From assembly GCA_964403045.1 (NCBI GenBank), contig CAYOEP010000001.1:9009-73008 (forward strand): DNA of 64,000 nt. Direction: 5' to 3'. The position numbers and the translations under genes were made by a program. Shown one piece after another: positions 18,288 through 28,627 of this stretch (its first letter is position 1; each line of letters opens with the position of its first letter). The notes below the pieces were generated by a model that saw nothing but the letters and a program-made list of their open reading frames with translations, was not told the DNA's origin and ran no database searches. This DNA is from an uncultured Candidatus Saccharibacteria bacterium (GTDB lineage: Bacteria > Patescibacteriota > Minisyncoccia > UBA6257 > 2-01-FULL-56-20).

Positions 18288-20303
18288 ATGGCAGCAGTGT
18301 TCTCAAATATATGGTTTCCGGTGGCGAGCGGGGCGTTCGCGGTAGCTGCGGCAATAGCACTCGCTTCCCGCGTGCTTTCCTACAAGAAGGGAAGCGCAAA
18401 AATGGAGGAAATTGCCCGGGCGATCCAAGAGGGCGCGCGGGCGTATCTGCGGCGGCAGTACCTCACCATTGGGGTAGTTGCAGTGATAATTGCGATAGTC
18501 ATTGGTATTTTTCTGGGCGTGGTGACGATGGCAGGATTTCTCGTGGGGGCAGTTGCATCAGGCCTTGCTGGATATATTGGCATGAGTGTATCGGTGAGGG
18601 CGAATGTGAAAACGGCAGAGGCAGCGCGCAAAGGACTCCCCACCGCGCTCCGGATAGCGTTTTTCGGTGGCTCAGTGACGGGGTTGCTGGTTGCAGGACT
18701 TGCACTCCTCTCAGTAGCGGTGTTCTATCTGCTGACGCATGATGTGCATGCGCTGGTGGGGCTGGGATTTGGCGGAAGTTTAATTTCGGTGTTCGCGCGG
18801 CTCGGCGGCGGCATTTTCACAAAGGGCGCGGACGTAGGTGCTGATTTAGTAGGAAAAGTGGAAGCGGGAATTCCTGAAGACGATCCCCGCAACCCCGCAG
18901 TGATTGCGGACAATGTAGGCGATAATGTCGGCGATTGCGCGGGGATGGCAGCGGATCTATTCGAGACCTATGCAGTCACTTCGGTGGCGGCAATGATACT
19001 GGGCAATTTGCTTTTCCCTGAAATGACACAAGCGGTTCTGTTGCCGCTGATGGTGGGCGGCATTGCGGTTATTGCTTCAGTGCTGGGGCTTTTCTTTGTG
19101 CGTCTTGGCACCCGGCAGTCCATTATGGGTGCGCTCTACAAGGGGCTTGCCGCCGCGGGCGTACTCTCGTTGATTGGCTTTTGGTTCTTGGCGCAGAGCT
19201 ATGAGGGAAACGGCGCAGCGTTTATGTTCCATAAACTTTTCTACTCGCTTCTAGTAGGCGTACTGGTTACCGCGGGTATTGTGCTCGTGACAGAATACTA
19301 TACTTCAAAGTCGTTTCGCCCCGTACGCGCTATTGCGCGTTCCTCTGTAAGTGGGCATGCGACGAACATTATCACTGGTCTTTCTGTGGGAATGGAGGCT
19401 ACAGCATTGCCAGTGGTAATCATCGTTGCGGGAATTTTGGTTGCATTCGCAATCGCAGGATTATATGGAATTGCACTTGCAGTGATGAGCATGCTGTCGC
19501 TCACAGGAATGATAGTTGCTGTTGATGCATTTGGCCCTATTACTGATAACGCGGGCGGCATTGCGGAAATGGCAGAGCTTCCGAAAGAAGTACGGCAAGT
19601 TACTGACGCACTGGATGCAGTTGGCAACACCACGAAGGCAATTACAAAAGGGTACGCGATTGGGTCCGCAGGACTTGCTGCGGTGGTACTCTTCGCGTCG
19701 TACGTGCAGGAGCTGCAGGGAACGCTTTCCACAGGGGGCACGAATGTGGCATTTCCACTAGGAGACCCCAAAATTATCGCCGGCTTGTTCCTCGGCGGGC
19801 TTATTCCCTATCTCTTCGCGGGACTTTCCATGCGCGCGGTGGGGAAGGTTGCAGAAAGCGTAGTAGCGGAGGTGCGCCGCCAGTTCCGCGAGACGCCGGG
19901 ACTAATGGAGGGAAAAACAAAACCGAACTATTCCCGTGCGGTGGACTTAGTTACCGGGGCGGCAATTCGTGAAATGATTATCCCCGCGCTGCTGCCGGTG
20001 GTGATTCCCGTGGTTGTAGGACTAACGCTCGGCGCGGCAGTGTTAGGGGGGTTGCTGGTTGGATCTATTGTCACAGGAATCTTCGTTGCAATTTCAATGA
20101 CCACCGGCGGCGCTGCTTGGGATAACGCCAAGAAATATATTGAGGAAGGACAGCACGGCGGCAAAGGCTCGGAGGCGCACAAGGCGGCGGTAACCGGCGA
20201 CACAGTAGGTGACCCCTACAAGGACACGGCTGGCCCTGCGATCAATCCATTGATTAAGGTAATCAATATTGTTGCGCTTTTGCTTATTCCTTTCTTGTTG
20301 TAG
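18288..20303 (+). CDS. hppA: Membrane-bound H+(or Na+)-translocating pyrophosphatase
   Basis: About 16 TM helices, with [18 protein letters not shown] and [20 protein letters not shown] motifs. Confidence 0.9.
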   Translation: MAAVFSNIWFPVASGAFAVAAAIALASRVLSYKKGSAKMEEIARAIQEGARAYLRRQYLTIGVVAVIIAIVIGIFLGVVTMAGFLVGAVASGLAGYIGMSVSVRANVKTAEAARKGLPTALRIAFFGGSVTGLLVAGLALLSVAVFYLLTHDVHALVGLGFGGSLISVFARLGGGIFTKGADVGADLVGKVEAGIPEDDPRNPAVIADNVGDNVGDCAGMAADLFETYAVTSVAAMILGNLLFPEMTQAVLLPLMVGGIAVIASVLGLFFVRLGTRQSIMGALYKGLAAAGVLSLIGFWFLAQSYEGNGAAFMFHKLFYSLLVGVLVTAGIVLVTEYYTSKSFRPVRAIARSSVSGHATNIITGLSVGMEATALPVVIIVAGILVAFAIAGLYGIALAVMSMLSLTGMIVAVDAFGPITDNAGGIAEMAELPKEVRQVTDALDAVGNTTKAITKGYAIGSAGLAAVVLFASYVQELQGTLSTGGTNVAFPLGDPKIIAGLFLGGLIPYLFAGLSMRAVGKVAESVVAEVRRQFRETPGLMEGKTKPNYSRAVDLVTGAAIREMIIPALLPVVIPVVVGLTLGAAVLGGLLVGSIVTGIFVAISMTTGGAAWDNAKKYIEEGQHGGKGSEAHKAAVTGDTVGDPYKDTAGPAINPLIKVINIVALLLIPFLL

Positions 20304-21084
20304 TGTAGGGTGATAATTTATCTTCCTCACCTTTCTTCTTTCCGTACGCGTAGTCCGCGGCCATCCAGCTTAACTCAAAGATTGCACGCTGGGTATCGGC
20401 GACTGCTTGGTCTTCAATAATGACTGCGATGTAGGGCTCCCGGAATGTCACGTAGAATACTTTATTGTCGTAGATATTCATCTCAAGTGAGAATTTGAAT
20501 GTTTCGTGGGGGACGAATTTTATTCTGGTAACTGCCATATCATAGCTAGCTATATATGCTTTCGCTACCGGGGTGTCTGGGACGATTGCTCTTTCCCAGA
20601 TCTTTCGCCTTCTTCGTTCAGCAGCATACCAGATAGCGTACTTTTTAATTGTTCTCAAAAGGCCATCGTTGTCCGAATAAGCCAAAATTTCTGTTTTAGC
20701 AGTAAGTGAATCGTTAAAGACTTCTTTAATTCCTTCTATGCCTTGGAAAAAACGGATCCCCGGCTTGCCCACCCCGAGATTATAGAGGGAGTAGAGGAGC
20801 GGCAGGCCGCTTTTTGCGAGCTCTACACTCCGCTCGAGATGCTTTAGCATTTGCTCTGCCTTCTCTGGCGGCGAGGGGACGTAGGTGAGCTTTTTCTCTT
20901 CCGGGAGATGGTAAATGAGTTGTTTTTTCTCGAGCTTCTTCAGGACATTGTAGAGATCCCCGCGTTTGAGGTTGACCTTTTGGAGTAGTTGTGCAGGAGT
21001 GGATTTCCCGCCCTGGAGGAGCGTCTCATATACCTTAATTTCTTTCGGGGAAAGCCCTATGGTTTTCAGGACATTTTCAAGCAT
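20284..21084 (-). CDS. TrmB-family transcriptional regulator
   Basis: N-terminal wHTH ([52 protein letters not shown]) and a C-terminal TrmB-type domain. Its 3' end overlaps the hppA stop by 20 bp (convergent). Confidence 0.7.
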   Translation of the reverse strand: MLENVLKTIGLSPKEIKVYETLLQGGKSTPAQLLQKVNLKRGDLYNVLKKLEKKQLIYHLPEEKKLTYVPSPPEKAEQMLKHLERSVELAKSGLPLLYSLYNLGVGKPGIRFFQGIEGIKEVFNDSLTAKTEILAYSDNDGLLRTIKKYAIWYAAERRRRKIWERAIVPDTPVAKAYIASYDMAVTRIKFVPHETFKFSLEMNIYDNKVFYVTFREPYIAVIIEDQAVADTQRAIFELSWMAADYAYGKKKGEEDKLSPYTTTRKE

Positions 21085-21120
21085 AGGTACAAGAAAAGTA
21101 TATACATACCAAGATATATT

Positions 21121-21249
21121 TGTCAAGTATTAGTGACAATTTGTGAGAGAATTTTGATAAAACCCTCAGAATAAGGGAAAAATTGTCATAGTACTGTGAC
21201 AAGATTTTTGTTACAAATACTTGACAAAAATATTGGCCAGGTATATAAT
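21121..21249. promoter_or_regulatory. Divergent control region: TGACAA/TTGTCA inverted repeats plus consensus promoter TTGACA-N17-TATAAT
   Basis: TTGTCAAGTATT (21121-21132) is the reverse complement of AATACTTGACAA (21213-21224). TTGTCATAGTACTGTGACAA (21184-21203) is a near-palindrome. The -35 TTGACA is at 21221-21226 and the -10 TATAAT at 21244-21249, upstream of the SD AAGGAGG and the ATG at 21287. Confidence 0.6.
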
Positions 21250-21286
21250 TGTGGCGGAACCATTGAAAACTAAAAGGAGGGTGAAA

Positions 21287-21787
21287 ATGAACTGGGATGT
21301 GTACAAGAAAGTCTCCGCCATCAGTTACGCTATCGAAGGGCTGGCTAGCAGGCGGCTTCCCAAAAACTGGAAGATCGACCTGGATCCATTTGTGCCAATC
21401 TCGATCCGAGAAAAGAGGACATCATGGGAGGAACGCGAGAAGGCGATCATCGAAGCACTACGTGAGATCGGGCACGAGATCGTCAGGCAGCAGATCAATT
21501 GGAAAGGGTGGGATTACTGGTTCGTGAACTACGAAACCAACGTCCACCGGTGGTGCCTGGGGTGCGTACAGTCGGTTTTGGGCGACCGCAAGTACATCGA
21601 GTACGTCGAGGAGCTTAAGAAAATCTTGAAAGATCACGGAGTGAGCGAGGCGTGGGAATACTTCACCGCGCAGTTTAAGGGCTGCGGCTTGCACATCGAC
21701 AGGCTCCTCTTTGCCGTCACTTACTGCTTGTTGGCAAAGGAGTTCGAGAAAAAGAACTTGAAAGCCACCGATTCCGAGGAGGCATGA
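21287..21787 (+). CDS. Hypothetical protein (166 aa, Trp-rich), first gene of a codon-usage-distinct island
   Basis: Strong SD AAGGAGG 8 nt upstream. Codon usage differs from neighbours (ATC/GAC/AAG/CTG preferred), and no known motif was seen. Confidence 0.55.
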   Translation: MNWDVYKKVSAISYAIEGLASRRLPKNWKIDLDPFVPISIREKRTSWEEREKAIIEALREIGHEIVRQQINWKGWDYWFVNYETNVHRWCLGCVQSVLGDRKYIEYVEELKKILKDHGVSEAWEYFTAQFKGCGLHIDRLLFAVTYCLLAKEFEKKNLKATDSEEA

Positions 21788-21995
21788 GCGGGGATCCTTG
21801 GCGAAATTCCGGGGTAGTAGCTGGATATAAGCCAGGGCGACACCCGCAAGAGTTTTGGGAGTTCTCGATAAAAAACTCCCACGTCTTTTTCTGAAACGGA
21901 TATGCAATCAGTTTCAGAAAAAGCCGTTATGGTTAACGGCAAAAGTTCTTTGGTAGCTCTCGGAAGCCCCGAGACAGAAAGCGGAGGGTAGACAA

Positions 21996-22226
21996 GTGAA
22001 AAAGCAAAAAGTGATCATCATAAAATCCATGAACCTGACCCCCGAGCATGAGCTCGAGAAGCGCCTGGAGGAGTTGGGGCCCGGGTGGAATGTCGTTTCA
22101 GCTTCCACCTCTCTCACTACCCACGGCACCATGGATTATCATAACAAGAGAGAGGGAGTTATACTCGACGGGATCGCGCGACACATATACTTCGTGACCA
22201 CCGTGATCGTGGAGAAGGTTGAATAA
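21996..22226 (+). CDS. Hypothetical small protein (76 aa), island gene 2
   Basis: GTG start with GGAGGG 6 nt upstream; same GC3-rich codon usage as 21287-21787. Confidence 0.45.
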   Translation: MKKQKVIIIKSMNLTPEHELEKRLEELGPGWNVVSASTSLTTHGTMDYHNKREGVILDGIARHIYFVTTVIVEKVE

Positions 22227-22258
22227 TTCTCGGATGGCTCTCGAGACAGAGAAAGGAA

Positions 22259-22513
22259 GTGGCGATGCCTACAGGGCGAGTGTTCAAGAGTGCAGTTCCC
22301 GGAGGAGGGTTTGGCTACATGGGATACGTCCGTTACTGCGTGGACGGGATTGTCCACGTGTATGAGGCCCGTGATCCACTGGGAGTCCTCATGAAGCGGA
22401 AGGTGACTCGTTGTGATGGGAGGAGTTGCGAGGACGCGTTAGTGGAAGCCGAGGTAGGATACGAGTCACTCGGGGACCTCCTTGAGCTTCTCGAGGAGGG
22501 AAGCTCGGAGTAA
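22259..22513 (+). CDS. Hypothetical small acidic protein (84 aa), island gene 3
   Basis: The ORF is followed immediately by a strong intrinsic terminator; codon usage as the two preceding genes. Confidence 0.45.
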   Translation: MAMPTGRVFKSAVPGGGFGYMGYVRYCVDGIVHVYEARDPLGVLMKRKVTRCDGRSCEDALVEAEVGYESLGDLLELLEEGSSE

Positions 22514-22514
22514 G

Positions 22515-22555
22515 TAACGCGACTGCTGTGTGTGTTTGCACAGCAGTCTTTTTTA
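22515..22555 (+). terminator. Rho-independent terminator
   Basis: GACTGCTGTG-tgtgtttg-CACAGCAGTC, a 10-bp GC-rich stem, followed by TTTTTTATT. Confidence 0.8.
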
Positions 22556-22619
22556 TTGCCATTTCATTTTTGGTGTGGTAGCATGTCTCTTTATGAAGAG
22601 AGAGAGAAGTACTACAGAA

Positions 22620-23204
22620 ATGTATCTCGTCCCCACAGTCATTGAGAAATCACAATTCGGCGAGCGGGCGTATGATATTTACTCCCGCCTCTTGAAGGAG
22701 CGCATCATCTTTTTGGGAGGGCCGATTAACGATGCGGTGGCGAATGCGGTGATTGCGCAGTTGCTGTTCTTGGAGCACGAGGATGCGAAGAAAGATATTT
22801 ACCTCTACCTGAATACTCCGGGCGGATCGGTCACGGCGGGGCTCGCGGTTTATGACACGATGCAGTATGTGAAGCCCGATGTGGCGACTATTTGCGTGGG
22901 CATTGCGGCATCGATGGGTGCGGTGCTTCTCGCGGCAGGGAAGAAGGGTAAAAGATTTGCGCTTCCCAACTCGGAGATTTTACTGCATCAGGTAATGGGC
23001 GGCGCCGAGGGGCAGGCGGTAGAAATTGAAATCACCGCGCGCCAGATTATTAAGATTAAGAACAAGATTAACAGCATCCTCGCGAAGCACACTGGCAAAC
23101 CGCTCAAGCGCATTGAGAAAGATACTGACCGCGACTTTTACCTTGACGCGGCAAGCGCGAAGGAGTACGGCATTATTGACAAGATTGTCCAGACCAAAAA
23201 GTAG
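22620..23204 (+). CDS. clpP: ATP-dependent Clp protease proteolytic subunit
   Basis: [26 protein letters not shown]...[20 protein letters not shown]...[12 protein letters not shown]...LLHQVMGG has the Ser/His/Asp triad context. The start was trimmed to MYLVPT. Confidence 0.9.
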   Translation: MYLVPTVIEKSQFGERAYDIYSRLLKERIIFLGGPINDAVANAVIAQLLFLEHEDAKKDIYLYLNTPGGSVTAGLAVYDTMQYVKPDVATICVGIAASMGAVLLAAGKKGKRFALPNSEILLHQVMGGAEGQAVEIEITARQIIKIKNKINSILAKHTGKPLKRIEKDTDRDFYLDAASAKEYGIIDKIVQTKK

Positions 23205-23268
23205 CCGCGCCGCCGGGGAAATTGGCAAGGATGGGAAGCGCCGTGTGGTACAATTGGCGTAGGGCCGC

Positions 23269-24465
23269 GTGCGGCGCGCAGAAATTCCAATGACTCGCGA
23301 AGAAAAAATCCAACGCATTCTTGCGAGGAATGTGGTAGAGGTGACAGAGAAAGCCCACCTCGAGAAGCTGCTGCAGGGAACAAGAAAGCTGAGAGTGAAA
23401 TTCGGCGTGGACCCCACTTCGCCGGATTTACACCTTGGTCACGCAGTCGCCTTACGGAAACTCGCGGAGTTTCAAGAGCTGGGGCACAAGGTAATACTCC
23501 TTATCGGGGATTTTACCGCCCGCATTGGCGACCCCTCAGGGCGCGCCGAGACGAGAAAAATGCTTTCAGAGCGTGAGGTACGCATCAATATGCGGCACTA
23601 TCTGGCACAGGCGGCAAAGCTGATTGATGTCAAGAAGGCAGAGGTCGTCTACAACAGCAGCTGGTTTTTACGTGAGGGAACAGAAAAAATCTTGGAGCTC
23701 GCGGCGCTTGCAAGCGTACAGCAGATGCTCCATCGCGATGAATTCCGCAAGCGAATGCGCGAGGAGCGCGAGATAAGCCTGTTGGAAATTTTTTACCCCC
23801 TCTTCCAGGCGTACGATTCGGTGAAGGTGCGTGCGCAGGTAGAGATAGGGGGCACTGACCAGACGTTCAATCTGCTGATGGGAAGAAAGCTCCAGCGCCA
23901 CTTTGGCATGGAGCCGCAGGATATACTGACGCTGCCGCTTCTCGAGGGGCTCGACGGCAAGAGAAAAATGAGCAAGAGTTATGGGAACTTCATTGGCATT
24001 GACGAGAAGCCAGATGCAATGTTTGGGAAAGTGATGTCGATCCCTGATGAGTTGGTGCCGCGCTACTTCCTGCTGTGCACTGACTTGGGTGAGGAGGAAA
24101 TTCGCGAGTACACAAAATCATTGCATCCGAAAGAGCTGAAGGAGAAACTTGCGTTTGCAATAGTGAAAATTTACCACGGAGAAGAAGAGGCGCTTCGGGC
24201 AAAAGAACAATTTACACTTCTCTTTACCAAGAAGGAGATGCCGGCACAACTGCCTCCTCTCAAGGTACATAATAAGCACATTGCAGCTGAGGATGTGGTG
24301 CTGCTGAGCGGCGTGGTGTCAAGCAAGAGTGCAGCGCGGCGACTTATCACCCAAGGCGGCTTCCGGGTCAACGGAATCCAAAAGAGCAATCCCGCAGAAA
24401 TTCTTACACTCAAGAGGGGCGACGCATTAAAGATTGGCAAGCATCACTTCTTCCGCGTGCAGTAA
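23269..24465 (+). CDS. tyrS: Tyrosine--tRNA ligase
   Basis: HIGH-type motif (PDLHLGHAV), KMSKS (KMSKSYGNF) and a C-terminal S4 domain (AARRLITQGGFRVNG). The start could be MTREEK at 23290. Confidence 0.85.
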   Translation: MRRAEIPMTREEKIQRILARNVVEVTEKAHLEKLLQGTRKLRVKFGVDPTSPDLHLGHAVALRKLAEFQELGHKVILLIGDFTARIGDPSGRAETRKMLSEREVRINMRHYLAQAAKLIDVKKAEVVYNSSWFLREGTEKILELAALASVQQMLHRDEFRKRMREEREISLLEIFYPLFQAYDSVKVRAQVEIGGTDQTFNLLMGRKLQRHFGMEPQDILTLPLLEGLDGKRKMSKSYGNFIGIDEKPDAMFGKVMSIPDELVPRYFLLCTDLGEEEIREYTKSLHPKELKEKLAFAIVKIYHGEEEALRAKEQFTLLFTKKEMPAQLPPLKVHNKHIAAEDVVLLSGVVSSKSAARRLITQGGFRVNGIQKSNPAEILTLKRGDALKIGKHHFFRVQ

Positions 24466-24511
24466 GAGATCGTTCGCTTTCTCGCCACAAGAGGGGGTAT
24501 AATAAGGCAGT

Positions 24512-24826
24512 ATGGACGCAATTCTCAAAGCAAACATTTTCTTTTTTATTACCGCCGTTGCGGTCGTTGTGGTCGCGGTATTAATTGCTGCAGTGCTTGT
24601 GCTAGTGCTCCAAATCCTTTCCGATATCCGCCGCATTACCTCGCTTGCCCGTGAGGAGAGTGAGCGAATTTCCCGCACGCTTGAGTTTTTCCGCAGTGGG
24701 GCACAGGAGAAGGGAGAAAAAGTGTTTGCGCTTTTGGACAAGCTTGGCGTGAAGAGAAAAAAGGGAACGCACCGCCGATCTGTAGCGCAAGGTCGGAAAG
24801 CGAAACGAACAAAAAAAGAAGAATAA
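24512..24826 (+). CDS. Small membrane-anchored protein (hypothetical)
   Basis: N-terminal TM (IFFFITAVAVVVVAVLIAAVLVLVL) and a basic C-terminus. Confidence 0.4.
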   Translation: MDAILKANIFFFITAVAVVVVAVLIAAVLVLVLQILSDIRRITSLAREESERISRTLEFFRSGAQEKGEKVFALLDKLGVKRKKGTHRRSVAQGRKAKRTKKEE

Positions 24827-24833
24827 CAATACA

Positions 24834-25250
24834 ATGGCAGCGAAGCGAAAAAGAACGACCCGCAGGAAGAAGCCGCGCGGCGGGGGTGCGATTGAGCTTG
24901 GGCTCCTTGCCGCTGCCGCCGCGGGCGTTGCGTTGCTCTATAGCAGCAAGAAGGGCGCGACAGCCCGTAAGGCAATTCGCGGATGGATGGTGAAAGCGAA
25001 AGGGGAAGTGCTCTGCAAGCTGGAGCGACTTGCCCATGTCGACCATGCCTCCTACGAGCAGACGGTAGACAAAGTACTGGCAAAGTACCGCAAGCTCAAG
25101 GATGTGAGTGCTGAGGAAGTGCGCGCGCTCTCCCGGGAGCTCCGCGCCGCGTGGCGGCACATCGCGCGCGAGATTTCCCGCGCGGATACCGCAGGCAAAA
25201 GAAAAACCACCCACTCCCGCCGCGGCACCTCGCGGAGAAAGAAGGCATAA
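24834..25250 (+). CDS. Small basic membrane-anchored protein (hypothetical)
   Basis: Arg/Lys-rich termini flanking one hydrophobic helix. Confidence 0.35.
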   Translation: MAAKRKRTTRRKKPRGGGAIELGLLAAAAAGVALLYSSKKGATARKAIRGWMVKAKGEVLCKLERLAHVDHASYEQTVDKVLAKYRKLKDVSAEEVRALSRELRAAWRHIAREISRADTAGKRKTTHSRRGTSRRKKA

Positions 25251-25265
25251 ACAAAAATTGAATTT

Positions 25266-25339
25266 TGGAGCGGGAGACGGGAATCGAACCCGCGTCCTCA
25301 GCTTGGAAGGCTGATGCACTGCCACTGTGCTACTCCCGC
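25266..25339 (-). tRNA. tRNA-Gly (anticodon TCC)
   Basis: Hand-folded cloverleaf: acceptor GCGGGAG/CTCCCGC, anticodon stem TCAGC/GCTGA with loop CTTCCAA, T-loop TTCGATT, CCA encoded. Confidence 0.8.
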
Positions 25340-25437
25340 GCCGCTGCTTACTCTATCGCAGGGCCTTCTGTTTTGCAAGCTGCCATAGTTGATTATTTCA
25401 GCAAAGTTGCTACAATAAGGCAACTACTGCAGCCGCT

Positions 25438-26043
25438 ATGGAGCATAGATCAAAATTCTACATCTCCCGCCGAACGAAACTGCTCATCGTGTTCTTTGGG
25501 GTAGTAGTGGTTTCCTACTCCCTCACCCGTATTATGAATGGATCGGCAAGCATCCCCACTGAGTTTCAGGAGGCTCGCGAACAGGGAGCGATTATCGCGC
25601 AGAATATCGTTTCGCTTTCTAACGACTCCTCAAAAATTTTAAAGAGAATTAGCGAGCTCGATAAGGAAAAGCGCTACATTGAGGCGGTGGCGGAGGCAAA
25701 GAAAATGTTGGAGAAAAGCGCGGCGGTGCGCAATGAGGCAGTGAAGCTTGCAGCGGAGCTTGAGAAAATGACCAAGGCGCTCGACAGTATCAAGGGAGGA
25801 AAGGCGAAAAATGCCGCGCTGGAATCGATTACCAATTGGGTGGCGCTGATGAATCGTCTTGTGGACTATAGCGCTTCACTCTCGCGGCTCTCTGAGGTAC
25901 TGCAGGCGCGCTTTGAGAACCGCCCGACCGATCAGCAGGTAGGCGTCTTGATCGAGCAAGTCAACGCGGAGATTCGTTCTATCAATAACTTCAACGAGCA
26001 GGCGCGGCAGGCAATCCGCCGTATGGACTTTCTGGTGCGATAG
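25438..26043 (+). CDS. Membrane-anchored coiled-coil protein (hypothetical)
   Basis: N-terminal TM, then a long helical region. Confidence 0.4.
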   Translation: MEHRSKFYISRRTKLLIVFFGVVVVSYSLTRIMNGSASIPTEFQEAREQGAIIAQNIVSLSNDSSKILKRISELDKEKRYIEAVAEAKKMLEKSAAVRNEAVKLAAELEKMTKALDSIKGGKAKNAALESITNWVALMNRLVDYSASLSRLSEVLQARFENRPTDQQVGVLIEQVNAEIRSINNFNEQARQAIRRMDFLVR

Positions 26044-26061
26044 CGGTATGCTCGAAGAGAG

Positions 26062-26137
26062 GCGCCTGTAGCTCAACGGTGAGAGCAGCCGTCTTATAAG
26101 CGGCAGGTTCCTGGTTCGAATCCAGGCAGGCGCACCA
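26062..26137 (+). tRNA. tRNA-Ile (anticodon TAT)
   Basis: Acceptor GCGCCTG/CAGGCGC, D-stem GCTC/GAGC, anticodon stem GCCGT/GCGGC with loop CTTATAA (TAT at positions 34-36), T-loop TTCGAAT, discriminator A, CCA encoded. Confidence 0.65.
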
Positions 26138-26173
26138 GATTACAGGAAGGGATTTGGAAAGAAACCAACAAAA

Positions 26174-26794
26174 ATGCAGGAGTCAATCAATCCAATTCGC
26201 ATAAAAATTATCCTCGGGAGTACGCGGCAGGGGCGTTTCAGCGAGAAGCCGGGAAAGTGGATTTTGGAGGAGGCAAATGCCCTTGATAACGTTGCCGCGG
26301 AGTTGCTCGACTTGCGCGACTACCCAATGCCGTTTTTTGATAGCGCCACTTCGCCTGCGGGAGCGAAAGGAAACTATGCGCATGAAGCGGTGCGACGATG
26401 GGCGGAAAAAATCAACGAGGGCGACGCCTTCATCATCGTGGCGCAGGAATACAATCATGGGTACACGGCGGTCCTCAAAAATGCGCTGGATATGATTTAT
26501 CCGGAGTGGAACAGAAAACCCGTCGGCTTTGTTGCCTATGGCGGCGTGATGGGCGCCCGCGCGGTAGAACAACTCCGGCAGGTTGCTGTGGGACTTGGCA
26601 TGGCGCCGATACGGAACACTGTCCATATTCCCAACGATATCTTTTTCCCGGCTGTGGCGGGCAAGGCACCCTCAGATATAAAGGAGATGTTTCGGCCTAT
26701 GCGGGAAGGCCCCGCAGGAGATTCTGTGGCAAAGTTTTTTGACGAGTTGCTGTGGTGGGCGCGTGCCTTGAAGAAGGCGCGGGCGGAAAAATAG
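26174..26794 (+). CDS. NADPH-dependent FMN reductase family (flavodoxin-like) oxidoreductase
   Basis: IKIILGSTRQGRFSEKPGKWI at the N-terminus; a flavodoxin-like fold pattern. Confidence 0.65.
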   Translation: MQESINPIRIKIILGSTRQGRFSEKPGKWILEEANALDNVAAELLDLRDYPMPFFDSATSPAGAKGNYAHEAVRRWAEKINEGDAFIIVAQEYNHGYTAVLKNALDMIYPEWNRKPVGFVAYGGVMGARAVEQLRQVAVGLGMAPIRNTVHIPNDIFFPAVAGKAPSDIKEMFRPMREGPAGDSVAKFFDELLWWARALKKARAEK

Positions 26795-26858
26795 CGCTGC
26801 GTTTTTGGAAGAGCCGCTTCCCGTCGCCTGCGCGGGAAGGAAGGATGCTTACAGCTGT

Positions 26859-27830
26859 ATGGATATTATTCAAGTTACAGAGCTTACTAAGAAATTTGGG
26901 GATGTGCTTGCCGTTGACCATATTTCCTTTACGGTGCGAAAGGGAGAAATTTTTGGTTTTCTCGGGCCAAACGGAGCAGGAAAATCTACCACTATCAATA
27001 TGCTCTCAACTCTTTTAAGGCCAACGGAAGGGAGTGCGACTATCAATGGCTTCGATGTGCTGACGCAACGCGATGAGGTGCGCAAATCTATTGGCCTCGT
27101 CTTTCAGGACCCTTCGCTTGATGATCGCCTTACTGCAGAAGAGAACCTCCGCTTCCATGCAAGGCTTTATGGCGTGCCAAAGACTGTGTACAGAAAGCGG
27201 ATGGAAGAAGTGCTACGGTTGGTTGATTTGTGGGATCGCAGGGAAGGCATTGTCAAGACATTTTCTGGGGGAATGAAGCGGCGCCTTGAGATTGCCCGAG
27301 GACTTATCCATTATCCACGCGTGTTGTTCTTAGACGAGCCTACGTTAGGCCTTGATCCTCAAACTCGCGTGCATCTTTGGGACTACATTTTGAAGCTGAA
27401 GCGCGAGCGGGGCATGACGATTTTTATGACTACCCATTATATGAACGAGGCAGAATATTGCGACAGGATAGCAATTATTGACCATGGGAAAATTGTGGCT
27501 TTGGATACCCCCGCAAACCTTAAAAAGCAAGTTGGGGGAGATGTGGTTCGTATAAAATCGCATGATAAGGCATTGAAAGAAAAGCTCCGCGCCCGCTACA
27601 AGAAAGAAGTACAGGAAGAGAATGGAATGATGCAGTTGGAGATTTCTGATGGAGAAAAGTTTTTGCCACAGCTCTTGGGCGAATTTGGCGCAAGGATTGA
27701 TGCGGTAGAGCTGCGGAAACCTACGCTCGACGATGTGTTTCTTGCGCTCACCGGGCGTACGATAAGGGAGGAAGAAGCGTCGGGAAAAGAGTATATGCGG
27801 CAGCAGCTGCGTATACGGGGGCGCAGGTAG
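26859..27830 (+). CDS. ABC transporter ATP-binding protein (ABC-2/DrrA-like)
   Basis: Walker A GPNGAGKSTT, signature FSGGMKRRLEIARGL and Walker B VLFLDEPT. The start was trimmed to MDIIQV. Confidence 0.85.
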   Translation: MDIIQVTELTKKFGDVLAVDHISFTVRKGEIFGFLGPNGAGKSTTINMLSTLLRPTEGSATINGFDVLTQRDEVRKSIGLVFQDPSLDDRLTAEENLRFHARLYGVPKTVYRKRMEEVLRLVDLWDRREGIVKTFSGGMKRRLEIARGLIHYPRVLFLDEPTLGLDPQTRVHLWDYILKLKRERGMTIFMTTHYMNEAEYCDRIAIIDHGKIVALDTPANLKKQVGGDVVRIKSHDKALKEKLRARYKKEVQEENGMMQLEISDGEKFLPQLLGEFGARIDAVELRKPTLDDVFLALTGRTIREEEASGKEYMRQQLRIRGRR

Positions 27831-27836
27831 ACAACG

Positions 27837-28622
27837 ATGATGCACTTTCTCGTTCCCATTGCTACTATCTGGCAACGCGAGATTCTCCGGTACACGAGAG
27901 ATAGAATTCGCATTGCAACCACACTCATTCAGCCGTTAATGTTTTTGGCTGTCTTTGGAGTGGGATTGCGGCAAACACTTGCCCAAGGAAATTTTGGCAT
28001 TGACTTTGTGCAGTTTATGTACCCGGGAATCATCGCGATGAGCGTGATGGGGGTTGCCTTTTTCTCCGCTATTTCCACGGTGTGGGACAGGGAATTCGGG
28101 TTTTTGAGAGAAATTCTTGTCGCGCCGGTGGCGCGCACCTCCATTGCCTTGGGGAAGGCGCTGGGCGCGACTACTGTGGCTGCCCTCCAGGCGTTTATTT
28201 TACTACTCCTTGCCCCGATTCTTGGCATCCGTATTGATCCTTTTTCACTCCTCGAGCTCTTTTCTCTTCTACTGTTTTTGGCGTTCGCTATTTCTGGTAT
28301 TGGGCTGTTGGTCGCTTCGCTGATGAAAACAACGGAGAGTTTTGGGCTCCTGATGCAGGTACTGGTATTTCCTATGTTCTTTCTCTCGGGCGCATTCTTC
28401 CCCTTGACTAAAGTTCCCCTGTGGATGCTGGCTATTGCACGCCTCAACCCCCTTACCTACGGCGTGGATGCCCTCAGGCAAATTATTTTACGCCCGCAGG
28501 TTGCGCCTGAAACACTGCGCACCGTGGTGCTGTATCCTGTCGCAGTCAATGCGCTTTTTCTCATTGCTTTTTCTGCGGTGATGGTGAGCGCGGCGGTTGC
28601 CGTGTTTACGAAAAAAAGCTGA
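27837..28622 (+). CDS. ABC-2 family transporter permease
   Basis: Six TM helices; adjacent to and co-oriented with the ATPase. Confidence 0.75.
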   Translation: MMHFLVPIATIWQREILRYTRDRIRIATTLIQPLMFLAVFGVGLRQTLAQGNFGIDFVQFMYPGIIAMSVMGVAFFSAISTVWDREFGFLREILVAPVARTSIALGKALGATTVAALQAFILLLLAPILGIRIDPFSLLELFSLLLFLAFAISGIGLLVASLMKTTESFGLLMQVLVFPMFFLSGAFFPLTKVPLWMLAIARLNPLTYGVDALRQIILRPQVAPETLRTVVLYPVAVNALFLIAFSAVMVSAAVAVFTKKS

Positions 28623-28627
28623 CTGCA

